Numbered from the stretch's first letter, positions 24,947 through 33,970 are shown. The stretch: 64,000 nt of DNA from Patescibacteria group bacterium (GCA_028707065.1 JAQTUZ010000002.1:70513-134512); one strand, 5' to 3'. The notes: generated by a model from the sequence alone, not told the origin. Made by a program: numbers and translations.

Positions 24947-26011
24947 ATGAACAAGAATTTATTAAGCAAAGGGTTTTTGATCACCTTGGTTGTCGCTTCT
25001 TTGGTTGCTTGTTATTTCGTCTTTCGCCCGTTTTTAGCGGAAATTTTAGTGGCCGCCATTTTAGCGACGATCTTTTACCGGCCGTTCGAATGGCTGGCTA
25101 AAAAAATTGGCGGGAGAAGAAAAATCGCCGCGCTGATCATGTGTATTTTGATCGTAGTGGTGATCATTGTCCCCTTGATCAACGTGATAATTTTGGCTGC
25201 CAAGGAATCCGTGGTCGCTTATGGGCAAACCGCTGATTTTTTCAATAAGACTGATTGGAATGCCATGATCCAATCCGGCCCCTTGTCCAAAATAAAGGGC
25301 TTGAATCTGAGCGATGGCAACATCCAAAATTTTGTAATGGATTTCATCCAGAAATCCAGCAATTGGCTGGTGAGCGGCGCCGCTGGCCTTATCAAAGGAA
25401 CGACCAATTTTGTGATTTCCGTAATATTTATTATTCTTACGATGTTTTTCTTTTTTATCGACGGTCAGAAAATGTTGGAACGATTGATGTATCTTACCCC
25501 GCTGCCCAATAAATACGATCGTTCTATTTTCAAGAAATTTCAGGATGTCAGCTTGTCTTTCATTGTTTCTACTTTTGTCGCGGCTATTCTCCAGGGATTC
25601 GCCTGCTGGCTGGGTTTTTTTATCATCACCCTGCCGATCTTTTTCAATATTCCTTTTCCGGCCTTTTTTGCCGGCATTGCCGCGGCCTTCCTTTCTTTGA
25701 TTCCGCTGTTAGGGGCTTGGTTTATTTGGCTGCCCAGCGCGATTTTTCTGGCGCTTACGGGCAATATCTGGGCGGCGTTATTCATTACCCTGTGGGGCAT
25801 TTTGATCATTCATCCCATTGATAATATTGTTAAGCCGCTGATCATCCATAAAAAGGCCGAAGTTCATCCGATATTTTTGTTATTCTCTATCCTGGGCGGC
25901 ATCGTCTTATTCGGTTTCTGGGGCTTGGTCATCGGCCCGCTGATCGTCGCGGTTACGGTCACGATTTTCCATATTTACGAATTGGAATATAAAAACGTCT
26001 TGGAAAAATAA
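24947..26011 (+). CDS. AI-2E family transporter (PerM/UPF0118), tandem paralog
   Basis: Collinear similarity to 23870..24928 along the full length. Confidence 0.8.
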   Translation: MNKNLLSKGFLITLVVASLVACYFVFRPFLAEILVAAILATIFYRPFEWLAKKIGGRRKIAALIMCILIVVVIIVPLINVIILAAKESVVAYGQTADFFNKTDWNAMIQSGPLSKIKGLNLSDGNIQNFVMDFIQKSSNWLVSGAAGLIKGTTNFVISVIFIILTMFFFFIDGQKMLERLMYLTPLPNKYDRSIFKKFQDVSLSFIVSTFVAAILQGFACWLGFFIITLPIFFNIPFPAFFAGIAAAFLSLIPLLGAWFIWLPSAIFLALTGNIWAALFITLWGILIIHPIDNIVKPLIIHKKAEVHPIFLLFSILGGIVLFGFWGLVIGPLIVAVTVTIFHIYELEYKNVLEK

Positions 26012-26012
26012 T

Positions 26013-26357
26013 ATGATTAATGAAAAAAGTTTTGAACCAAGTTTTAATGCGGCAGAAAATACCGAGCAGCAAAAATTTGATTGGCGGAAATTTCTTGATA
26101 AACCAGAAATGATTCCAGCAAGATTAGCCGAACAACTTGATACGATTACACAGTTTGTCAATGATGATACTGAAGGAGCCGGAGAAATTTGGGAAACAAT
26201 CAAAGCTGGGCAAACCCATGGCCATGTTCTGCAATATTTGACCGGTTGTTTCCGTGATGTGATAAATCAAGAAGATCGGGAAGAATTGAGCAAGCTTTTC
26301 AAAGAGGCCGGCGAAAAAAGAATGCCAATGGGAGATATGAGATTGAAGCTCGATTGA
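26013..26357 (+). CDS. hypothetical protein
   Basis: 114-aa acidic ORF starting 1 nt after the previous stop. Confidence 0.5.
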   Translation: MINEKSFEPSFNAAENTEQQKFDWRKFLDKPEMIPARLAEQLDTITQFVNDDTEGAGEIWETIKAGQTHGHVLQYLTGCFRDVINQEDREELSKLFKEAGEKRMPMGDMRLKLD

Positions 26358-26393
26358 TTTATAATTTTTAATCCATAATTTGTAATTGATTTT

Positions 26394-26464
26394 GCGGGGT
26401 TCGTATAGTGGTAGTACAGGGGTCTCCAAAACCTCTAGCGTGGGTCCGATTCCTACACCCCGTG
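26394..26464 (+). tRNA. tRNA-Trp (anticodon CCA), canonical type I
   Basis: Hand fold: acceptor GCGGGGT/ACCCCGT (G1-U72 wobble), anticodon arm GGGGT-CTCCAAA-ACCTC, short variable loop, T arm GTGGG-TCCGATT-CCTAC, discriminator G73. Confidence 0.85.
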
Positions 26465-26578
26465 CGTATATAAAATCATGTAAAGCGACCCGAAGGCCGA
26501 TTATTTTCGGGTTCCAGACCCAGACAGGTAAAAGTTTTTTGGATAGAAAATTTTAATTTTAAGATTAGATTTTTTTAT

Positions 26579-27808
26579 ATGGCCTATAAGGACGTGTCTG
26601 ACGACGCAATAAATTCAATAGCAAAATTTATTAATCAAAAGAGTAACAAGAATTACTCTATTCCTGTCGTTGGAGACGAGAACAATCCAGAGGTTCCACA
26701 TATTTTTGAAATAATTCCGTTTAATGAAATCGATAAAACTTCAAGTAAATTTTATGCAATAGACGGAAGTTATAATTCTCAAGAATTCTATAACGGTATG
26801 TGTATTGCGGTGTACGCCGCTGGGTATGTTTGCTATAAAGATGGAAAGCAGGTTTGTTTGAATGGGTTAGACGATCCAGTGATATTGGGAAAATCCTACT
26901 TTCCTGAAAGAGTTTTGGTTATAAATGATGAGGATAAGGAACTGATATATGATGAGTTGTTTTCTCTGGATCCGGTCAAGAAGTTAATTGCTTTTTTTGG
27001 GGATCCTGTTAGGGATATTTTTGCGTATGACAAAAAGGCTGTTTGTACCACAACATCAGCATTACTATCTTTTTGCCAGAGCGTTCTTGAATTGGCACTC
27101 ATATATGAAATTGCAAATCTTAAAACCACAGAAGTTGGCGACTTTATTTTACGAGATGGCACTTTAAGACCGATAGATGTTAAGCAAAAGTATTCTGTCA
27201 TGTTGGGAGAATATTTAAAGAAAAAAGGAATTATTATTGTTGCCATAACAAAAAATTCTGGAATTAAGATGGAGCTCTCATATACTTTCAAACAAATTGA
27301 TACATATCTTCAAGATAAATTAAAGCCGACATACTCATTTAAAAACCAAGATTCTAAATGTCAAAAACTTTGTTGTTGGTTTGAAGTTCCCACGACAGTT
27401 CTTTCCAGCGCATATGGTCAAATGTATATAAAAAAGGAGCTTACGGGCGGAAGAGGTTTTGGTTTGTTTTTTGTAGCTAGACTGGATTACGTTGAAAAAT
27501 TACAGAATTACGATTGGCTCGTTGTCGACGTTAATATCTTTGATGCAATTCCTGGAATCAAAACATTTGATATTAAACGAGACATTTTATTTTTAGAGAG
27601 TCTTTTTAAAGAGCTTACTCGTCTTACCCAAGAACATTATATTCTTGGGTATCCTTATCCTTTAGTAGAGGTGCACAATTTTATCACTCTTAAAAAGACA
27701 TTTAAAGATGAAATAATAAAGAGGGTAAAGTTTGCGTTATACGGCAATCAGCAAATGGATAATGTTGATATTGAAAATATATTTTTAGATATACACGATC
27801 GTTTTTAA
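26579..27808 (+). CDS. NurA-like nuclease
   Basis: FYAIDGSYN, ILRDGTLRP and VAITKNSGIK match the conserved DGS / DG(T/S)L / K.S strands of NurA. It sits immediately upstream of a HerA-like ATPase. Confidence 0.65.
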   Translation: MAYKDVSDDAINSIAKFINQKSNKNYSIPVVGDENNPEVPHIFEIIPFNEIDKTSSKFYAIDGSYNSQEFYNGMCIAVYAAGYVCYKDGKQVCLNGLDDPVILGKSYFPERVLVINDEDKELIYDELFSLDPVKKLIAFFGDPVRDIFAYDKKAVCTTTSALLSFCQSVLELALIYEIANLKTTEVGDFILRDGTLRPIDVKQKYSVMLGEYLKKKGIIIVAITKNSGIKMELSYTFKQIDTYLQDKLKPTYSFKNQDSKCQKLCCWFEVPTTVLSSAYGQMYIKKELTGGRGFGLFFVARLDYVEKLQNYDWLVVDVNIFDAIPGIKTFDIKRDILFLESLFKELTRLTQEHYILGYPYPLVEVHNFITLKKTFKDEIIKRVKFALYGNQQMDNVDIENIFLDIHDRF

Positions 27809-27825
27809 TAATTTAATATAAAAAT

Positions 27826-29487
27826 ATGATAAGTAAGGAAAATTTCGGAGTTTTGTATGGGCAAAAAACCACAGAAGATGCTCTGCTTATTTACTCATCT
27901 TATGCTGATTCTAAAGCAAGTCCTCAAACTGGTGATTTTATTGTTTTGGCGCCGAAGGATGAGAGCGGGATAAAGTTTCTCTCAAGAGTTGATGCAGAAA
28001 TTTACGACGAGGATCCGATTTTTAAATCTCAGGATAAGACGCTTATCGCGGTTCACTATGCCCGAATTGCAGAGCGTGAGCTTTCCGAAAGAGATAAGCA
28101 AAAAATTTTTAGCTATACGTATAAAGTTAAAATTTTGGGTACGTTCACTAACAATGGAGGCGGTATAGATTTTACAACCGCCGTAAGAAAGCTCCCCACG
28201 GTTTCGTATCATGCCCGACATCTTTTACCGGAAGAAATTAAATATATTTTAAATAAGGATAATCAACAGGAAGGTAGCCAACCATCAGCTTTAGGATATC
28301 TTTGTATCGGTGATTCCGAACAAAAGGAAAAGGGTGAAATATTTTTCGATATCAATAAACTTTGTAAAAAAAGAACAATGGTCTTTGCTCAATCTGGTTT
28401 CGGTAAGACAAACTTGGTTAAAACCTTGATTTATCATGCTATAGGTGATACTGGCTACGGGAAGCTTGTCTTCGATTTAAACGGAGAATATGCTTTAAAA
28501 AGTCAAAAGACAAATGGTCTCGGCGATATTAATGAGCAGAAAATAAAAGACAATCTAGTTGTGTATACTGATAAGTCAATTCCAGTAGAGTACAATGGTC
28601 GTTTTATTGCTGGTGGAAAAGTCGCCTTAAACATGTATAAGAATTTATCCGTAGGTGATGTGCTAAATTTTACTACTGGTTTTTCTGATGTAATGAAATC
28701 TTTTCTTATTTATTTGAACGATGGTGCTGGAAATTTTATGGAAAAGATTGAAGATTATGCCAGTACTCCACAAAATTTATATAAAGATTTCCCTGATTTT
28801 TGGGGTCAAGAGAAGTCGGATAAAAAAACAGGAGAATTTAAAGATGATGCTAAAGCACGTCCTACAATAATGGGCATTAGAAAAAGAATTGGTTTTCTTT
28901 TGGATGAGAAGGGTGGCTTGCATTCTAATTCGTCAACTTTAGTGGAGGATGTTTGTAAATATTTACGAGAAGGAAAAACTGTTGTATTGGATCTTTCAAT
29001 GAAAGATGACACCGAATCAAGTATTATTTCTACAATTATTGTGCGTAAAATATTCGAGATTAATAAAGCTAGTTTTACAACGGAAGAGGATATCGGCGAG
29101 CCAATTCCTTGCGTTATATTTGTTGAAGAGGCGCAAAATGTTTTATCGGAAGAATTCGTGAAATCAAATGCTAATCCTTTTGTGCGTATTGCAAAAGAAG
29201 GAAGAAAATTTGGAATCGGATTAGTCGGCATTACTCAGAGGCCATCGGCAATTTCTGAAGAAATAAGAACTCAGGCTGATAATTTTTTTGCATTTCACAT
29301 GGGGAATAGTGATGATATACGTGCGCTAGTCAAATCTAATTCTAATTATGATGGTGTCATTGCTAAATTTATTCAAAGCGAAACAATCCCCGGTAATTTG
29401 TACATGGTTTCTTCTACACAGGCGTTTGTTCTGCCCATCCGAGTATATGAATTTGAGAAAATGATAAAAACAAAACTATACAAATAG
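27826..29487 (+). CDS. HerA/DUF87-type (FtsK-HerA superfamily) ATPase
   Basis: Walker A AQSGFGKTN, Walker B CVIFVEEAQN, EGRKFGIGLVGITQRPSAIS. Confidence 0.8.
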   Translation: MISKENFGVLYGQKTTEDALLIYSSYADSKASPQTGDFIVLAPKDESGIKFLSRVDAEIYDEDPIFKSQDKTLIAVHYARIAERELSERDKQKIFSYTYKVKILGTFTNNGGGIDFTTAVRKLPTVSYHARHLLPEEIKYILNKDNQQEGSQPSALGYLCIGDSEQKEKGEIFFDINKLCKKRTMVFAQSGFGKTNLVKTLIYHAIGDTGYGKLVFDLNGEYALKSQKTNGLGDINEQKIKDNLVVYTDKSIPVEYNGRFIAGGKVALNMYKNLSVGDVLNFTTGFSDVMKSFLIYLNDGAGNFMEKIEDYASTPQNLYKDFPDFWGQEKSDKKTGEFKDDAKARPTIMGIRKRIGFLLDEKGGLHSNSSTLVEDVCKYLREGKTVVLDLSMKDDTESSIISTIIVRKIFEINKASFTTEEDIGEPIPCVIFVEEAQNVLSEEFVKSNANPFVRIAKEGRKFGIGLVGITQRPSAISEEIRTQADNFFAFHMGNSDDIRALVKSNSNYDGVIAKFIQSETIPGNLYMVSSTQAFVLPIRVYEFEKMIKTKLYK

Positions 29488-29492
29488 ATAAA

Positions 29493-30704
29493 ATGTTACA
29501 ACTTGATGTAAAAAAGAAAATAAATTTAGATACTCTTTTTGAAGACTTAGCCCAAAAAGACAATCTTGTTCTTGAGGAAAAAGTTAAACTCTTGATTTTG
29601 AGGGATCTTTTACGTTTAAATTGGAAAATAGATTTTGATAAAAACAAGATTGTTATTGCCCCTCCTGAGAATTATGATAAGGAGACTGTTCGTCTTGCCA
29701 TGTCTCACAAACGTAAAGAGTCAATTGGTGATAATGCCGAATGGATAAGAAACAATATTGAATTTGCTAGAAATAATCTTGCGGATGGGAAAGATGTTTT
29801 AAGGTCAAAGATAAAACCAATAATTGAGGTATGTGAATCTCCTAGACAACACGATTTATTTAGACTGTATCGGTATTATTGGTCATCTGCTCATAGTGAA
29901 TATGTTGGCAGAAGGATAAAATTAATTATAAGAGACGGTGGTTTGCCCAATAAGCCAGTTATAGGAATAGCTGCTTTAGGTAGTCCAATTATTCATATTC
30001 CTGATCGTGATAATTGGATAGGTTGGGATAAAAATTTAAGAACAAAAAATCTTATTTATGCAATGGATGCATATGTTATAGGTGCGCTGCCTCCTTATAA
30101 TTATTTATTAGGCGGCAAACTCGTTTCTTATGTTTTAGCGTCCAACGAGGTTAGAAAGATATATAAAGATAAGTATAAAAATAAAATTACTTTAATTGAC
30201 AAAAAGAAAGCGAGTGATTTGGTATGTATTTTTACTACCAGCTTGTATGGTAAGAGTGCTCAGTATAATCGGGTAAAATATAAAAGTAAATTACTCTATA
30301 TGCCGATAGGGGAGACGAGGGGTTTTGGAACTCTACATTTATCTAGCGAAACTTTAGATGCAATGTTGGAATTATTGTTTTCAAAAGGAATTTTTGTAAC
30401 AAATAAATTTGGTGATGGTCCAAGTTGGAGCATGAGAGTTATTAGGACGGTGGGGGACATGCTTAATTTCGATTCTGATTTTCTTCTTAGGCATTCTTTT
30501 AAGAGAGGAATTTATGTTGTTCGGCTCGCGAGTAATTTTCGTAATTTTTTAAATGGTAAAGACAAAAAACCAAAATATTATAACTATTCGCTTAAAAATT
30601 TAGTTTCTTTTTGGAAAAAACGTTGGTTTAAAAATAGAAAGCAGAATATTGATGTTATTCAAAAGGTTGAAGCTTTTAATAAATCCGATTTTAATATTCT
30701 TTAA
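29493..30704 (+). CDS. DUF4338 (Druantia DruA)-like protein
   Basis: LYRYYWSSAHSEYVGRRIKLIIR...IGIAALGSPIIHIPDRDNWIGW...NLIYAMDAYVIGALPPYN..LGGKLVSYVLA matches, from memory, the YHYLG...RD.WIGW...N..R.L.LP core. It needs HMM confirmation. Confidence 0.55.
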   Translation: MLQLDVKKKINLDTLFEDLAQKDNLVLEEKVKLLILRDLLRLNWKIDFDKNKIVIAPPENYDKETVRLAMSHKRKESIGDNAEWIRNNIEFARNNLADGKDVLRSKIKPIIEVCESPRQHDLFRLYRYYWSSAHSEYVGRRIKLIIRDGGLPNKPVIGIAALGSPIIHIPDRDNWIGWDKNLRTKNLIYAMDAYVIGALPPYNYLLGGKLVSYVLASNEVRKIYKDKYKNKITLIDKKKASDLVCIFTTSLYGKSAQYNRVKYKSKLLYMPIGETRGFGTLHLSSETLDAMLELLFSKGIFVTNKFGDGPSWSMRVIRTVGDMLNFDSDFLLRHSFKRGIYVVRLASNFRNFLNGKDKKPKYYNYSLKNLVSFWKKRWFKNRKQNIDVIQKVEAFNKSDFNIL

Positions 30705-30748
30705 AACTGTAGGTTAAATGACAAGATAATCAAGGACAAGCTAAATAT

Positions 30749-31657
30749 ATGGATATATCACAGGCAAAGGGTTATCTCTTTGAGTATGTAGTCCAAAATT
30801 TATTAAAAAAATCTGGTTACGTGAAAGTGAGGATGGCAAATATAAGAGGCAGGGGTGGCGATCATCAAATAGACGCCTATGGCTTATTATCAATTCCAAC
30901 GCCTTTTATTTATCCAATAAGATTGATATGTGAAGCTAAAAATTACGGAGATAAAATTGGATTAGGAAAAATCAGGGATTTTGTTGGAGTAATGAAGGAT
31001 ATTTCGGAAAAATATACTACTCGAAAAAATGGCAAATATGAAAGATTTTCTGACTCCGGTTGCTATTTTTCAACAAAGGGTTTCACGATGGACGCTCAAA
31101 AATATGCATGGGCTCAAAATATTTTTTTGGTCTCTCATAATGGTATTGATAGATCTAATGAGATAGTAAAAGTTATTGATGAATTTTTATCTAGCAATCA
31201 GTTTGATGGTTTGAACAAGGGAGGGTTGATAGAAAGGTTTAAAGTATTTTTTGAAAGAAGATTTGACGATTTAGCAATTTCTTTCACGGTCGGTATTGTA
31301 AATGGTAAATATCCAACAGTAATTGTTGGCAATAAGGGGTTGGTCGATAAAATAAAGCAATTTTTGCCGTCTGATTCCGATTCTTTTGGGGCGACAAAAA
31401 CATCGCGAGAGTGGAATGAAACTGATACATATTTTAATGTTTTTATAAATGAATTAGGGGAGGAAATAAAGGTTTCAGTCCCTAATTTCATAGCTAAACA
31501 TATTGTAAATAAGATAGATAGGTCAAGGCCTGGTAATAAGATATTTTATATAGACGTGCCAGTGCTATCTAAAATAAGGCGTTTTGTTACTATTGATGTT
31601 TCATTGGGTGAATTTGAAACTGCGGATTATTTGGATAAATTGAGAAGGGATTCATAG
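30749..31657 (+). CDS. Mrr-like PD-(D/E)xK restriction endonuclease domain protein with unknown C-terminal half
   Basis: GYLFEYVVQNLLKKSGY, GGDHQIDAYG, LICEAKNYGDKIGLGKIRDFVG, GCYFSTKGFTMDAQKYA. Confidence 0.7.
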   Translation: MDISQAKGYLFEYVVQNLLKKSGYVKVRMANIRGRGGDHQIDAYGLLSIPTPFIYPIRLICEAKNYGDKIGLGKIRDFVGVMKDISEKYTTRKNGKYERFSDSGCYFSTKGFTMDAQKYAWAQNIFLVSHNGIDRSNEIVKVIDEFLSSNQFDGLNKGGLIERFKVFFERRFDDLAISFTVGIVNGKYPTVIVGNKGLVDKIKQFLPSDSDSFGATKTSREWNETDTYFNVFINELGEEIKVSVPNFIAKHIVNKIDRSRPGNKIFYIDVPVLSKIRRFVTIDVSLGEFETADYLDKLRRDS

Positions 31658-31776
31658 TGGCCCAGGGCCATATAGTGTCCCATTTGTCCCATTTAGTCTG
31701 CCCCATATGCCGTATAAAATATCATTGAATAATGCCGAAACTACTTGTATAATGTAATATAGACCCGTACGTGGTG

Positions 31777-31820
31777 CTGAAAATAAAAATGCTGGCTTGC
31801 GCCAGTATTTTTATTTTCAG
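31777..31820 (+). terminator. 20-bp AT-rich hairpin after the four-gene cassette
   Basis: ctgaaaataaaaatgctggc / ttgc / gccagtatttttattttcag (one mismatch). Confidence 0.65.
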
Positions 31821-31887
31821 TATCGAGGAGAATGGAATCGGACTGGCCGTGAGCGAACGCGGAATTCCCTCTATCCCCGTGAATTAG
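31821..31887. other. short GC-rich element with a tRNA-Trp-3'-end-like terminus
   Basis: gaggagaatggaatcgg...cggaattccctctatccccgtg. The end resembles tRNA-Trp ccgattcctacaccccgtg. Confidence 0.4.
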
Positions 31888-31890
31888 ATA

Positions 31891-31916
31891 ATATCGCCTC
31901 ATTAGCGATATTTTTT
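31891..31916 (+). terminator. hairpin plus T-run
   Basis: atatcgc / ctcatta / gcgatat followed by tttttt. Confidence 0.5.
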
Positions 31917-31958
31917 GATAGAAAAATTAAGCCTTTGTTATCAATAGCCGGCTTTATA

Positions 31959-31995
31959 TAAAAAAACCGCCCGAATGGTTTTGGCCATTGGGCGG
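31959..31995 (-). terminator. rho-independent terminator of the RT gene
   Basis: The minus strand reads ccgcccaatggcc aaaa ccattcgggcgg ttttttt. Confidence 0.65.
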
Positions 31996-32035
31996 AGTAA
32001 AATTGCGTTTACTTTCGATTTGTACATTCCAAATT

Positions 32036-33085
32036 TCAAGTTCCGATCATTGCCAGAAGTTTTTCATAAGGCCGTCGAATTTGCTGCGGTAGGCCCATTT
32101 TTTTGTAAACCGGTTTCATTGAAGCCACCAGACCTAAAGCCCGGGGCCTTAACTCCGGTTTGGATATTGCCAAATGCAATAAGGCTCTGGCCAGTCTCCG
32201 CTTTTTCTTCGGACAGGTAATGCCGCCCTGGGTAATGAAACTGGTCAATCTCAGGCCGGTAAGCATAACTTGGCCGTGCTTCTTGTGCTGATAGGAAGTT
32301 TTTTGGGGATTGACCCGAAAACCCGATTGCTCCACGACCGTCACCAATTCCTTCCTTATTCCTTCAGGGATCGGCAGGGCCGAAGAAACCGCGATATTGT
32401 CGACATAGCAGGAAATCTTAAAATCTTCAGATTTGCCGAGTCGCGAAAGAAAAGTGGTCAGCCAGCTTCCATAAAGGGCGAGGGCGAAAAGCAGCGGAGC
32501 GGTTGGAGTCCCTTGAGGAACGATTCCGTCAGTCGTGGTCAGCTGTAAAATTAACTTGACCAAGCCGCGAAAGTCAGCCTCAAATTCAGACCAGTCGCTC
32601 CCCGCCAAAATCATTTTTCCCACCGAAGTGTTGTTCAAAAAGATATCTGACGTGTCCATCGCGTACGATGTAAATGCCGTCTCCAGCCAAAACGCCCGGT
32701 CGATAATCCGGCGCAGGAGATGTTCCCGCAAAGCCTTTAGATCTACGGACGGAAAAGCATTCTGCAGATCAAGCTGGTAAAACCAATAAGATGCGCTATG
32801 CTTTCGGGCGTGATCAATGTAGGAGCCGCTTCCTTTTCTTAAGCCGAAAATAAAATTATTATAATGCCGCGCCAGAGGGAAACAAAGACGGCTTAAGCAC
32901 CGCTGTCTCAATATTCTTTGCAAGAGATGAAGCGGCGAGGCGGGAAGATAAACTTTTCTCGGAGTATTGTTTTTTCTCGGCAGCTCTTTGATCGTGTAAT
33001 TTCCCACGCAAGCCAGAGCCTCTTCGATTAACGATCGGTCGGTTTGAATGATTTCGGATAAAAAAACGATCGGATCAATATTCAT
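32036..33085 (-). CDS. retron-type reverse transcriptase
   Basis: RT motifs PRKVYLPASPLHLLQRIL, FGLRKGSGSYIDHARKH (NAxxH-like), YQLDLQNAFPSV, VPQGTPTAPLLF, YVDNIAVSS (YxDD variant), GFRVNPQKT, VMLTGLRLT (VTG-like). AGGAGG RBS. Confidence 0.8.
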   Translation of the reverse strand: MNIDPIVFLSEIIQTDRSLIEEALACVGNYTIKELPRKNNTPRKVYLPASPLHLLQRILRQRCLSRLCFPLARHYNNFIFGLRKGSGSYIDHARKHSASYWFYQLDLQNAFPSVDLKALREHLLRRIIDRAFWLETAFTSYAMDTSDIFLNNTSVGKMILAGSDWSEFEADFRGLVKLILQLTTTDGIVPQGTPTAPLLFALALYGSWLTTFLSRLGKSEDFKISCYVDNIAVSSALPIPEGIRKELVTVVEQSGFRVNPQKTSYQHKKHGQVMLTGLRLTSFITQGGITCPKKKRRLARALLHLAISKPELRPRALGLVASMKPVYKKMGLPQQIRRPYEKLLAMIGT

Positions 33086-33120
33086 GTTGTCCTCCTCTAT
33101 ATTATTTTATTGTAAAGATC

Positions 33121-33310
33121 AAAAAAAGGGGGCAGCAGAAGGAGTTTTCCCCTTCTGCCGCAGCTTCCATGCTGAAGAAGTTGTCCTTGAAACTACCAGC
33201 TGCCAGATACTGACAGCCGCCGCCAGGTATGCCAGCAGAGAGGTCCGCCAGCTGCATATACTATGAATAGTACATGATACCTATTCGCAGTATTCAAGCT
33301 ACGTGCCCCA
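33121..33310 (-). ncRNA. candidate retron msr-msd-like non-coding RNA
   Basis: It lies between a strong minus-strand promoter and the RT start. It is GC-rich and holds several 6-10-bp stems. The boundaries are approximate. Confidence 0.3.
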
Positions 33311-33314
33311 CTCG

Positions 33315-33343
33315 ATATTATGGCAAAAAAATCTTTTTGTAAA
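33315..33343 (-). promoter_or_regulatory. sigma70-type promoter upstream of the RT leader
   Basis: The minus strand reads TTTACA-N17-TAATAT. Confidence 0.5.
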
Positions 33344-33447
33344 GAGTCGCTTCTCTTTGGTCTTGCCGCAGTTTTGCCTTGGATTGCGGCAAAATGCGAT
33401 TGTCGGCCGTCGCAGTCCGCGCTGATCCTGCGACGGAACCAAGCCAA

Positions 33448-33480
33448 CAAAAAAACATCCGCCCGAGCGGATGTTTTTTT
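33448..33480. terminator. bidirectional terminator
   Basis: aaaaaaa catccgc ccga gcggatg ttttttt. Confidence 0.7.
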
Positions 33481-33490
33481 GAATGGATAT

Positions 33491-33970
33491 TTAATCGGCG
33501 GAAATTTTGGAAGCGATGAGGAGCGCCAGTTTTTCCGTTTTCTGTTTATCCGGCGCGATGATGACGACGTAACTCTTTCCTTTATCGAAATAAATTACGG
33601 TTCGGCCGTCCGGCATCGTGCCTTCCTTGCCCACGCCGTTGGTAATGGGAAAAACTTTATCAGTGGCGGTATAAGAAAAAGATAATGAGGTACGGATATA
33701 ATTGACCCGTTCATCGCTCACTAAAATCAAATTGGGCGCTTCCGAATCTGTCGCTTCGGCTTTTTCGGCCACGCTAAAGTAATAGGCTCCGGAATAGCGG
33801 CCGTTGGCGGCAGGCACTGCCTTGGCATCGGTAAAGCCGGCAATGGTTAGATCGGCGGCGTTGACCAAGGCGTTTTGGTCGGCGGCGGTTTGTGCTTTTG
33901 AATTGGCGATCCCGATGGAGGCGATGAGCAATAGCGCGAAAACGGCGCAAATAAATAATTTTTTGTTCAT
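33491..33970 (-). CDS. hypothetical secreted protein
   Basis: 159 aa with a signal peptide, MNKKLFICAVFALLLIASIGIANS. Confidence 0.55.
   Translation of the reverse strand: MNKKLFICAVFALLLIASIGIANSKAQTAADQNALVNAADLTIAGFTDAKAVPAANGRYSGAYYFSVAEKAEATDSEAPNLILVSDERVNYIRTSLSFSYTATDKVFPITNGVGKEGTMPDGRTVIYFDKGKSYVVIIAPDKQKTEKLALLIASKISAD

Noticed and set aside
31975-32220. ORF 31975..32220(+), 81 aa.
   Set aside because: It overlaps the RT terminator and the 3' end of the RT gene on the opposite strand. It has no RBS or motif.
33193-33685. ORFs 33193..33450(-) and 33320..33685(+) between the RT gene and the secreted-protein gene.
   Set aside because: They cross a promoter, a bidirectional terminator and GC-rich stems, and they have no RBS. 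The region is better explained as the RT leader or ncRNA.
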